From: Saprospiraceae bacterium | Lineage (GTDB): Bacteria > Bacteroidota > Bacteroidia > Chitinophagales > Saprospiraceae | Direction: 5' to 3' | Length of the DNA: 64,000 nt | Assembly (NCBI GenBank): GCA_965223405.1 | Contig: CBDCWO010000006.1 | Location: 2,904,364 to 2,968,363, forward strand | Shown: piece by piece, positions 41,401 to 49,159 of the stretch | Numbering within the stretch: the stretch's first letter is position 1 | Layout: each line of letters begins with the position of its first letter | Position numbers and translations under genes: made by a program | The notes under the pieces: model-generated | Seen by the model: only the letters and a program-made list of their open reading frames with translations | Database searches by the model: none | Told to the model about the DNA's origin: nothing

Positions 41401-43112
41401 TTCTCGATGGTACTGCCTTTGGCCATGGTTACAAAGACATCGATCTGATCCCTTTCTACTTCTTCAAGAGTATTAATACTGATAGCCAGAACGGCAAATG
41501 TAGTGATGAAAAACAAAACTAATCCACCAAGAATAGTTCTTGCCGGATATCGCAAACTGCTTTTTAGTAATACCAGATAGATGCGGGATGTTCGGTTCAT
41601 TTCATTCCGGCGACCAAATAGTCCTTTTTGTCGCTTACCATAAAATCCCAAACCAAGTAAAGCCAATACCGGAATCAACAACAAAGCGACTAATAAAGAA
41701 ACCATCAATGTAGATATAATCGATACGCCAATGTGTTTTCCGATCAGAGCGACCAGATAATTTCCAAAAAACAGAAAAGGGATAAATACTGTAGCCGTAG
41801 TCAAGGTTGCGGCAAAAATGGCCTTGGCTACTCCTGATACGCCCACAGAGACCGCTTTATCTGTCCGGATACCTGTAGATACTTTACGGTAAATATTCTC
41901 CAATACGACTATGCTGTTATCAAGTAACATTCCTATCGCCAGAGCCATACCTACGAGGGTTAAACTATTGATGGTTATTCCAGCTCCATAAAACAAATTG
42001 AAAGCGGCGAAAACAGAAACCGGAATCGATAAGGCTATTACAGAAACTAAACGAAGATCTTTAAGGAAAATCCATAATACGAAAACGGCCAGCAAACCCC
42101 CGATCAGGGCAAGATCTATTATCTGCTGGATATTTTCCTCCATGGTATCTGCAAGATTATTTTGAATTACAATTTGTACATCCTTGGCATGCAATTGATC
42201 ATTTAGTTGATTGATTAACTCTTTACAGCGATGTGAAAGCTCGATGATATTGGCTTGTGAGGCTTTGGTGGCAGTAAGAGAAATGGCGTCCTTTCCGTTA
42301 ACCCGGCTAATAGATGTCTCCTTGTCTACTCCAAAAGATATTTTGGCAACATCCCTTAATAGGATTGGTCCCGGGGCCATAACGGTGTTTTCAATATCTT
42401 TTACTTGGGTATATTCGGAGGCCGTGCGTACAAAAAGTCTGCGGTTTCCTTCGTACACGAATCCCGCCAGCGTTCTACTTCCTGAGTTCTGCATTAGCCG
42501 CGAACGCACTTGATCCGGAGTAATTTTATGGGGCTCGCAAGCTTGCTTATCCAATAGGATTTCAAGGGTTTTCTGTTGTCCTCCAAAAATATTAAGTGAA
42601 GCAATTCCGTCCAGGTTTTCAAAGGCTGGTCTGATTTCTTTTTCCGATATATTACGTAATCGATCGGTTCCTCCGCTACCACGAATCTGTAGTTCCAAGA
42701 ATTGATTGGTCAGCTGTTGCACATCTATTTTTGAAACTCGAACCAGGATATCTGATGGCAACTGACTCTTAACCGCATCAATCTTTTGCTGTAGTTTCAA
42801 AAAGACATATTTGAACTTAATTGATTGATCAAAACTGACTTGGATAAAAGCCCTATTACCATTAATTCGGGTATCGATCTTTTCTACTCCCTCCATGGTT
42901 CCGATTACTCCTTCCACTGGTATCACCCCCTGTTGTTCCAGGTATTGAGGGCTGATTTGTCTGGGCGATCCCACCTGTATAAAGAGCATAGGGAGCTCAG
43001 CATTTGGAAGTAACTCCACCGGTAAATATCGATAGGAAATATAACCCAATAGGCTCAAGCCTATGAATATCATACAGATGGTTACTTTCCTATGGATGAA
43101 TGCTAACTTCAT
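38421..43112 (-). CDS. fusion protein: a complete RND (AcrB/HAE1-type) efflux permease (aa ~1-1040), an additional ~6-TM region (aa ~1041-1285) and a C-terminal ABC-transporter ATP-binding domain (aa ~1286-1563)
   Basis: It is a single uninterrupted 1563-aa ORF. The RND hallmark is NSLTLVGMALAIGMLLDNSIVVLENIYRK plus a second-half equivalent. The C-terminal ABC domain has Walker A GPNGAGKST, a Q-loop, signature FSGGMKQR, Walker B ILIVDEPTAGLD and an H-loop STHII. Confidence 0.75.
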   Translation of the reverse strand: MKLAFIHRKVTICMIFIGLSLLGYISYRYLPVELLPNAELPMLFIQVGSPRQISPQYLEQQGVIPVEGVIGTMEGVEKIDTRINGNRAFIQVSFDQSIKFKYVFLKLQQKIDAVKSQLPSDILVRVSKIDVQQLTNQFLELQIRGSGGTDRLRNISEKEIRPAFENLDGIASLNIFGGQQKTLEILLDKQACEPHKITPDQVRSRLMQNSGSRTLAGFVYEGNRRLFVRTASEYTQVKDIENTVMAPGPILLRDVAKISFGVDKETSISRVNGKDAISLTATKASQANIIELSHRCKELINQLNDQLHAKDVQIVIQNNLADTMEENIQQIIDLALIGGLLAVFVLWIFLKDLRLVSVIALSIPVSVFAAFNLFYGAGITINSLTLVGMALAIGMLLDNSIVVLENIYRKVSTGIRTDKAVSVGVSGVAKAIFAATLTTATVFIPFLFFGNYLVALIGKHIGVSIISTLMVSLLVALLLIPVLALLGLGFYGKRQKGLFGRRNEMNRTSRIYLVLLKSSLRYPARTILGGLVLFFITTFAVLAISINTLEEVERDQIDVFVTMAKGSTIEKTDKIVLEIESKLEGLAEKQDISSRIQEEDAVVNIKLKEDFEKIDNRSYNDIKSEIEDLTRRIGGARISFASSNSGEGSQGLGGLDALGQLMGFGENQEKIVVKGEDYGLLQRVAQDLLYYIQNLDDTRNANLSTRGNRPEVLLAFDPLTLARNKVTPENIAIALRNFEQEAPADTKFRYVDDEYNIIIRDNEDLQSGFQPKTMSDLKKLEVIDQEGGAHEMSTLSAIRTGESYDDIRRINQQKQIQISYTRSQEANQSKELLEAHQESIKLLISNYPVPPGIAIEMEAAQDQIKDFKALAGAAILLIFIILASVFESLSAPFVLMFSVPLAATGSLLALTITGNGLFNANTLTGFLILLGVIVNNGIIMIDYVNALRRKGYRKIRALITAGLHRLRPILITAITTIAAMFPLALGTAEYVSVIGAPFAITVIGGLALGTVLTLIVIPTVYLGLENTINWFRGLSLWIKILNVILFVCGGLLIYFRVTSFLWQLLDILLLVFLIPAITYFILASLKRAQTRLISTDEALYIKVQNLVKIYNRPGRFSREWSNSKTPSFVLQSEEGKIRWGALLSEFIWKIPLLIFLGWFAFSYLQDGFWILLIGIGIYLLLLGIWQPFKLAFNLVYSDKKKWIPMILGELLFWASPLVLLFQMNQKWEEWGYTIFWGLVWYLVLIVYKSSAYFYRKQLKVERIKGKLRRFYYRSIISIPLLGRRKIPFKALDTVSLNIGTGMYGLLGPNGAGKSTLMRIISGIFEQSYGKIWINGIDTQEKREELQGLIGYLPQAFGSYDNMTAWAFLDYQAILKGLHDRNKREERLLYVLDSVNMLDRKHEKIGSFSGGMKQRIGIAQILLHLPRILIVDEPTAGLDPRERIRFRNLLVQLSRDRIVLFSTHIIEDIASSCNQLAVLDHGAVKYQGSPQDMLGLAQGLVWEYIIPAVDFATVESEEVVVNHLREGDHIRVRCISLHKPQESAISVDPVLEDAYLCLLKNIKN

Positions 43113-43151
43113 TTAGGTGTTTACTATTTCCATTGTCATTGTCATTGTCAT
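43113..43151 (-). promoter_or_regulatory. candidate leader-peptide uORF MTMTMTMEIVNT whose stop codon abuts the ATG of the RND-ABC gene (TAAATG)
   Basis: On the minus strand the sequence reads ATG ACA ATG ACA ATG ACA ATG GAA ATA GTA AAC ACC TAA directly 5' of the start codon at 43112. It is generated by a (CATTGT)n hexamer repeat. Confidence 0.35.
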
Positions 43152-43431
43152 TTGTCCATTTTCTATATGTACTTTCATTCAAAATTCCACCCCCTGCCCC
43201 CTCAAGGGTCCCTCAAGGGGGACAAAATTCTTCCATTACCATTGTGATTGCTATTGTCATTGCTATTGCCATTTGCTTATCCAATCTCCATTCATACTTT
43301 CATTCAAAATTCCACATCACATTTCCATTTGTCATCAACTTTTTCAGAAATACGGATACAATTACTATTGTCATTTATTTCAAGCAGATTTTCATTTTCA
43401 TTTCTTTATCTACTCAACATTGAATTCAATT
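43113..43431. repeat. repeat-rich intra-operon spacer: (CATTGT/CATTGC)n hexamer tracts and two diverged ~125-bp tandem units each ending in tactttcattcaaaattccac, plus the GC hairpin-like ccccctcaagggtccctcaaggggg
   Basis: Direct inspection: cattgtcattgtcattgtcatttgtccat at 43131-43160 and ccattgtgattgctattgtcattgctattgccatttgc at 43238-43275. The motif tactttcattcaaaattccac occurs at 43171 and 43296. Confidence 0.6.
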
Positions 43432-46400
43432 TCATTTGTCATTATTATTGTTGCCTCCAAAATCGATTGCCGAATAAACACAAGGAATCACGACAAGAGT
43501 CAGAAGCGTGGAGGTCACTAATCCTCCGATTACTGCCCAAGCCATGGGTGCTCTGAGGGCTGCACTTTCTCCAAATCCAAAGGTGAGCGGTAATAAAGCG
43601 AGTATGGTTGTAATACTGGTCATTAGAATAGGTCGTATTCGCTGCTGACCCGCAAGTACAATCGCATTGTTTCGACTTAATCCTCCACGCTTCAATTGGT
43701 TGATTCGATCCACAAGAATAATGGCATCGTTAACAGCTATGCCTACCAGCATGATGATACCTATAATGGCCATAATATTCAATGGAGTATTTAGCCAATA
43801 AAATGTAAAAATAGTGCCGACGACTGCAAGAGGAATCGTAAATAATATGATGAAAGGATGCAAAAGAGACTCAAATTGAGAGGCCATAACCATATAGACC
43901 AGGACTATGGATAAAATGAGAGAAAAAGTCAGACTTTGAAGTGATTGCTGTCGACGTGCTTCGTCTCCCACTACCGAAATACTGTAATTCGGTGGTAAAC
44001 TTATCGTGCTGGTTCGTTCTCGAATCTGGTTGGCCACGAATTCCAATGGTACTTGTTTGTCGGTTTGAGCGTAAACTTTTCCAATTCTGGCTTGATTACG
44101 TCGATGGATTTCCCGTGGTGCAATCGATGGGTTTAAAGTTGCGATTTCATGAAGACGATATTCTTTATCACCACCGTTGATGGTGATATTTTTAAAATCA
44201 TCCAGACCAATATCTGGCATCATCAGATCGATATCGATCATTTCCCCGGACTGTTCGATTTTTCCAGCAGTTTTGCCCTGCAATTGATCCTGGATTTGGG
44301 CAATCACATTACTCATATCCAAATTATACAAACCAAGTTTCAAGCGATCAAATAGAACTTCTATTTCCGGAGCTCCTTGTTCGATGGAAGTGCGCACATT
44401 TTGCAGCTCAGGCATATCCATTAAGCTATTCCGGACAGCTTGAGTAAGATCTTCTATGATATCCAAATTATCTCCTTTTATTTCCACTACCAATGGAGAT
44501 TCTTCCATGCTTAGGATGCTATTCAAAGAGGATACTTCAGGAGAGAATGAAAACTTAACACCAGATATTCCCGCAGTGATTTCATCGAGTGCCGAAATTA
44601 CATTTTGAGTTCCTAACCGGGTGCTATCAGTCAATGCTACTTCAATAATAGCGGTATGCTCACCTTGAAATAAAGAGGATCGATCTCCTCCTTCCAATTC
44701 GGTCTTCGGACCAATATGGCTATACACAAATTTAAGATCTTCATCCAATGCCTGCTGGATTATCCCTTCTACGTTGCTAATGGTAGCGGCTGTTCTGGCC
44801 AGGACAGTTCCCTCCGGCATTTGAACATTTACGCGAAATTTTTTGGTGGTGGATCTCGGCATGAATTCAGTACCAATCGAAGAATATAAATAAAGGGCTC
44901 CGGCCATAAGCAAAGCAGCGAGGAAAATAATCGCCCATTTTATTCTAAGCATGCCCTGTAGAAAGCCACCATATCTGCGGAGTTGAAATGATTTTGCCTT
45001 GGCAGGAGCATTCCTTTTTCGGTAAAAACGATGATATAACATCGGAATCACAAAAATAGCGACAAAAAGAGATGACAATAGTGAAAAGGCCACCGTCCAG
45101 GCTTGATCTTTAAACAGCTCGCCAGCTGCATCTTGTAAATAGACTACTGGCAGAAAAACAATAATCGTAGTCAATGTGGATGCAGTAATAGCCCCCCCAA
45201 CTTCAGCTGTACCAGTAATGACTGCGGATTTGGTGTCTGCGCCGGATTCGTGATTACGAAAAATATTTTCCAGGACTACAATGGCATTATCAACCAACAT
45301 TCCGGCACCCAAAGCAAGGCCGCCAAGTGTCATGATATTAATGGTCAGACCATTGAAATACATCAGTGTGAACGTCGCAATGATGGAAATAGGAATGGCT
45401 ATACCAATGATCAACGTCGTTCCAAAACGGTGCAAAAAGATAAAAAGAACGATAATTGCTAAGAGAATTCCAATTAACGCCGTTTCCTGAACTTCATCAA
45501 CAGCCGTTTTAATAAATGTGCCCTGATTCGAAATGATTTCAAAATGATATCCTGGAAGTGCAGACTCAATCACATCAAATGCCTCACTAATTTCTTCAAC
45601 GGCTTTGACCGTATTAAACCGGTTTTCCTTAAATATAGATAATCCGATGCAGCGATGGCCGTTGATCCGAACGATGTTTTTAGGTTCTTTATTAGTAAAC
45701 TTTGTTTCAGCAATGTCTTGCAAATAAATTGGAGTTCTATTGATATCGGCTTCATTTTCCGGTACGTTCAGATTTTCAGCTGTGGCTTGATCATGCTCTG
45801 AGCTTTCATTATAACCGATAATTAAATTATTGAAATCAGTCTCTGTCTCCAGCATACCTACTCCTTTTACTGTGTATCTTAGACCTAGGTCTTCTACAGT
45901 CCCTCCGGAAACATTTTGGTTGAAACTTTGAATTTTTTGGGTGATGTCATCAACGGTCAACTTGAAGGCTTTCAATTTATGCAGATCTGGTTTAATCACA
46001 ACTTCATGTTCTTCTTGTCCGGAAAGCGTAACCTGGGCAACTCCTTCAAGTCGCATTAATTCATTGCTGATGTAATTTTGGCTTATCTTCCTGAGTTCAT
46101 TTAAATCTGTAATTGAGGAATGAGAAATCCCTACTAGCATGATGGGTGCACTATTGGGATCAAACTGAGTTACATTGACGCGATCCAGTTCTCCACTTTG
46201 ATTAAAATCGTTTATGGCCTTCTGTAAATCCAGAAATGCTTCATCCATATCCTTGTTCCAATTGTATTCGATAGTCAGCTGGGCTGATCCGATACGGGTC
46301 ACTGAGGCAACCTGGGTGACACCTTGTTGTCTCATGGATAAAGCCTCGATTTGTTCTACATACTGCTTTTCAATTTCCTCCGGAGCCTTTTCACCGGCAT

Positions 46401-46551
46401 GAATTTCGATAAAAAGCCGGGGGGAGTTCAGATCCGGAAACAAGTCTACCCCTAATCGGGAGTATGATATGTACCCCAAAATGCATATTCCGAGTATTGC
46501 CATCAGAATGGTTACGGGAAAATTAACGGCAAATTGGATCAGTTTTTTCAT
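43432..46551 (-). CDS. RND (AcrB/AcrD/AcrF-family, HAE1) efflux permease
   Basis: 1039 aa with 12 TM and two large periplasmic loops. It has the motif INIMTLGGLALGAGMLVDNAIVVLENIFR. Its start overlaps the adaptor gene stop (ATGA). Confidence 0.9.
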   Translation of the reverse strand: MKKLIQFAVNFPVTILMAILGICILGYISYSRLGVDLFPDLNSPRLFIEIHAGEKAPEEIEKQYVEQIEALSMRQQGVTQVASVTRIGSAQLTIEYNWNKDMDEAFLDLQKAINDFNQSGELDRVNVTQFDPNSAPIMLVGISHSSITDLNELRKISQNYISNELMRLEGVAQVTLSGQEEHEVVIKPDLHKLKAFKLTVDDITQKIQSFNQNVSGGTVEDLGLRYTVKGVGMLETETDFNNLIIGYNESSEHDQATAENLNVPENEADINRTPIYLQDIAETKFTNKEPKNIVRINGHRCIGLSIFKENRFNTVKAVEEISEAFDVIESALPGYHFEIISNQGTFIKTAVDEVQETALIGILLAIIVLFIFLHRFGTTLIIGIAIPISIIATFTLMYFNGLTINIMTLGGLALGAGMLVDNAIVVLENIFRNHESGADTKSAVITGTAEVGGAITASTLTTIIVFLPVVYLQDAAGELFKDQAWTVAFSLLSSLFVAIFVIPMLYHRFYRKRNAPAKAKSFQLRRYGGFLQGMLRIKWAIIFLAALLMAGALYLYSSIGTEFMPRSTTKKFRVNVQMPEGTVLARTAATISNVEGIIQQALDEDLKFVYSHIGPKTELEGGDRSSLFQGEHTAIIEVALTDSTRLGTQNVISALDEITAGISGVKFSFSPEVSSLNSILSMEESPLVVEIKGDNLDIIEDLTQAVRNSLMDMPELQNVRTSIEQGAPEIEVLFDRLKLGLYNLDMSNVIAQIQDQLQGKTAGKIEQSGEMIDIDLMMPDIGLDDFKNITINGGDKEYRLHEIATLNPSIAPREIHRRNQARIGKVYAQTDKQVPLEFVANQIRERTSTISLPPNYSISVVGDEARRQQSLQSLTFSLILSIVLVYMVMASQFESLLHPFIILFTIPLAVVGTIFTFYWLNTPLNIMAIIGIIMLVGIAVNDAIILVDRINQLKRGGLSRNNAIVLAGQQRIRPILMTSITTILALLPLTFGFGESAALRAPMAWAVIGGLVTSTLLTLVVIPCVYSAIDFGGNNNNDK

Positions 46552-47603
46552 CTCAATATTTTCACTTTGGACTTATTGCGTAGTGTTTCAAATCCCTTAA
46601 CAACCAGACGTTCGTTTTCTTCTAAACCACTGATTACTTCGATCTGATCTTCATTTTCGAGTCCGGTTGTAATCATACGTTCGAAGGCGGTGTTTTCCTG
46701 AACTACAAATACCCTTTTACCTCTCTGATCAGAAATAATCACTTCCTTGGGGATGGTGATGATGTCCTCTTTTTGATCGACTTTGATAAGTATTTTGACA
46801 AACATCCCGGGACGTATCAACAGTTTTGGATTGCTGAAGCGGACTCTGCCTAAATAGGTACGGGTATTGACGTCGATGGCTGGTGAAAGTTCAGTAATAG
46901 TTCCCGGTATGGTATCATTTGGTAAGCTGTAATTGGTGATTTGCACTTTCTGTCCTGGTTTTACTTCCATCATGGTATTTTCCGGCAGACTTACATCCAC
47001 ATACATGCGAGAATAATTCATGACTGTGACCAATGGATTGCCTTGTTGAATTATACTATTTTGCGTGTAGTGTGGAAGCTTCACTATGACGCCAGAAACC
47101 GGTATTTCAACCCGCATCTTCTCCAATCGTATCTGGGCATTTTCAAGGTCTTTCTTGGCATTTGTCAGCTGCAATTCCGAATTTCGTAATTCTCGCAAAG
47201 TAACCCCACCTTTGTCGAAAACAGATTTTTGTTTTTCATATTCCTGTTGTGCCAATTCAAGATTCATTTTCACTGACTCCAATCCAATGTTGTTTACATA
47301 TTCTTTATCTTCAATTTCGACAAAAGCTTGTCCGGCTTTGACCCAATCGCCTAATTTATATGGACGTTTTCGCGTTGGATGATTTTTTAGCTTGTATTTG
47401 CCATTAATTTGGGCCGTCAGTTCAATCTCTTTATCAGCCAGCGCATTTCCAGTAGCAATGGTATGCCGGGTTAAAGAACCGCTTTTTATTTCTACAACAG
47501 ATACAGGAGCGGCAATATCTATATTGGGGCTTTCCTCTTCGGTCTGGTTACAGGCGAGAAGGATTAGCAAAGCATAAATGAGGATATAATATTGTTTTTT
47601 CAC
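46548..47603 (-). CDS. efflux RND transporter periplasmic adaptor subunit (membrane fusion protein, HlyD/AcrA family)
   Basis: 351 aa. It has a lipoprotein-like signal (LLILLACNQ), a coiled-coil hairpin, a lipoyl/beta-barrel pattern, and a C-terminal MP domain. Confidence 0.85.
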   Translation of the reverse strand: MKKQYYILIYALLILLACNQTEEESPNIDIAAPVSVVEIKSGSLTRHTIATGNALADKEIELTAQINGKYKLKNHPTRKRPYKLGDWVKAGQAFVEIEDKEYVNNIGLESVKMNLELAQQEYEKQKSVFDKGGVTLRELRNSELQLTNAKKDLENAQIRLEKMRVEIPVSGVIVKLPHYTQNSIIQQGNPLVTVMNYSRMYVDVSLPENTMMEVKPGQKVQITNYSLPNDTIPGTITELSPAIDVNTRTYLGRVRFSNPKLLIRPGMFVKILIKVDQKEDIITIPKEVIISDQRGKRVFVVQENTAFERMITTGLENEDQIEVISGLEENERLVVKGFETLRNKSKVKILR

Positions 47604-47637
47604 AAGTTTAGTTTTAATTATTTATTTGTTGATACAA

Positions 47638-49149
47638 CTAGTTATCCGACGGAAGCGCTATTGACACGGGTTCATTTTTTTCCCAATCGAAGAGTGTGAG
47701 TATTTTTAAATCCAGTAATTGTGTTTTATAATTAATTAAGGCACGAGCGTAGTCAATTTTCTTGGTAGATAGCTGATTCTGAAATTGATTAAGATCAATT
47801 CCTGATAAATCACCATTGATATACCTTTCAAGATTGATTTCATACGTTCTTTGCGCATTTTCTACACTTTTTTTGGCAATTTCGATACGAGGCATTTGAG
47901 TTTGAATATTACGGTAGGAACGGCGGATATCCATTCGTATCTGTTTGCGATCTTCAGCCAGGTCCAACCGCTGTGATCGCATGGATACTTCCTGGGCTCG
48001 AATCCGGGCTTCTCGTTCACCCCAATCGAAAATTGGTATGTTAAATGAAATTCCGATACTGGGGTTATTGGTAGGCATATTATAAATCTTGCCAAACTGC
48101 TCATCGTCCCCAAATATCCCTAGGGTCAACTGAAGATCTGCTCTAAACTCATTTTGGGCTTTAGTTCTTTCCAGTTCGAAAAATGATTTTTCAATGTTAA
48201 TTTGTCTTTGTTGGAGTTCCATGCGGGATTTCAAAGCATATTCGATGGCTTTTTCCAAATCCACGACTACAGGTATTGCTTCTAAATCAGTAGATAGCTG
48301 AATCTGCTGATCAAGGTTCATTCCAATTTCTCTTTTGAATGATTCTTCGGCATTCGTCAAAGCCAGTTCGCTATCCTGAAGTGACAGCTGAGCATTGGCA
48401 AAATTGAGTTCGGCCTGGTACAACTCCTCCTGTGCCAGCAATCCTGCTTCAACTTTGTTTTTCACGATCTCAAAATTTTTAGAAGTATTCTCCAGTTCAT
48501 CTTTGGCAATATCCAGGTTCAATTGAGCAAGATAGACATCAAAAAACTGACTGGTAATCGTTTTCTCCAGTGTTAATCGCTGAATAGCGTATTCCAAGCT
48601 GGCATTCTGATAGTTTAATTCCAATTCCTCAAGTTGCATTTTTCTTCGATTGAAAGTAAAGATCGGTTGGTTAAAGGCCAGATATAAATTATTGTAAAAC
48701 GCTTTATTGGAATTCTCTCCGAAACCCACAATTTCAGATTTGTTATTGCGCCAGCTTAAATTGTTGATTAAAGCAATAGTGCCATCGGTTTTCAAGATGG
48801 GTTGTTCTACCCGGAAAGATCCGGAAGAAAATACTTCCTTATTAGTGAACCACTGAGAAAACTGATTATCAAAACTCCGGCGGTTACTGAAGTTGAATGG
48901 ATCCAGAGTTAGGGAAAACCGTGATTTCAAGGATGCCCTTTCAGCTTCCAAGCTGAATTGATATTGTTCGATATTAAAAAGAGAACGCTGAATTGAAGGA
49001 CTTCCTTGTTCCGCTATTTCCATGGCCGACTCCAGAGTCAGTAGAGTCTGGGTAGATCCCGGTTGTGCAAGCAAAAATACAAACAACAAGAATCCGTGGG
49101 ATACAACTGAAGGTGCAATTCTAAATATTTTTAAGTATTTCATAATCAT
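47638..49149 (-). CDS. TolC-family outer membrane efflux protein
   Basis: 503 aa with a signal peptide and two repeated OEP halves with the characteristic coiled-coil-rich pattern (LTLESAMEIAEQGSPSIQRS...). Confidence 0.8.
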   Translation of the reverse strand: MIMKYLKIFRIAPSVVSHGFLLFVFLLAQPGSTQTLLTLESAMEIAEQGSPSIQRSLFNIEQYQFSLEAERASLKSRFSLTLDPFNFSNRRSFDNQFSQWFTNKEVFSSGSFRVEQPILKTDGTIALINNLSWRNNKSEIVGFGENSNKAFYNNLYLAFNQPIFTFNRRKMQLEELELNYQNASLEYAIQRLTLEKTITSQFFDVYLAQLNLDIAKDELENTSKNFEIVKNKVEAGLLAQEELYQAELNFANAQLSLQDSELALTNAEESFKREIGMNLDQQIQLSTDLEAIPVVVDLEKAIEYALKSRMELQQRQINIEKSFFELERTKAQNEFRADLQLTLGIFGDDEQFGKIYNMPTNNPSIGISFNIPIFDWGEREARIRAQEVSMRSQRLDLAEDRKQIRMDIRRSYRNIQTQMPRIEIAKKSVENAQRTYEINLERYINGDLSGIDLNQFQNQLSTKKIDYARALINYKTQLLDLKILTLFDWEKNEPVSIALPSDN

Positions 49150-49159
49150 AGATTTTGAT

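Noticed and set aside
43100-43556. Plus-strand ORFs of 102-134 aa inside the inter-RND spacer
   Set aside because: They are low-complexity translations of the hexamer/tandem repeat (runs of IVIAI, HCYCH). They have no start context and overlap the minus-strand RND gene start.
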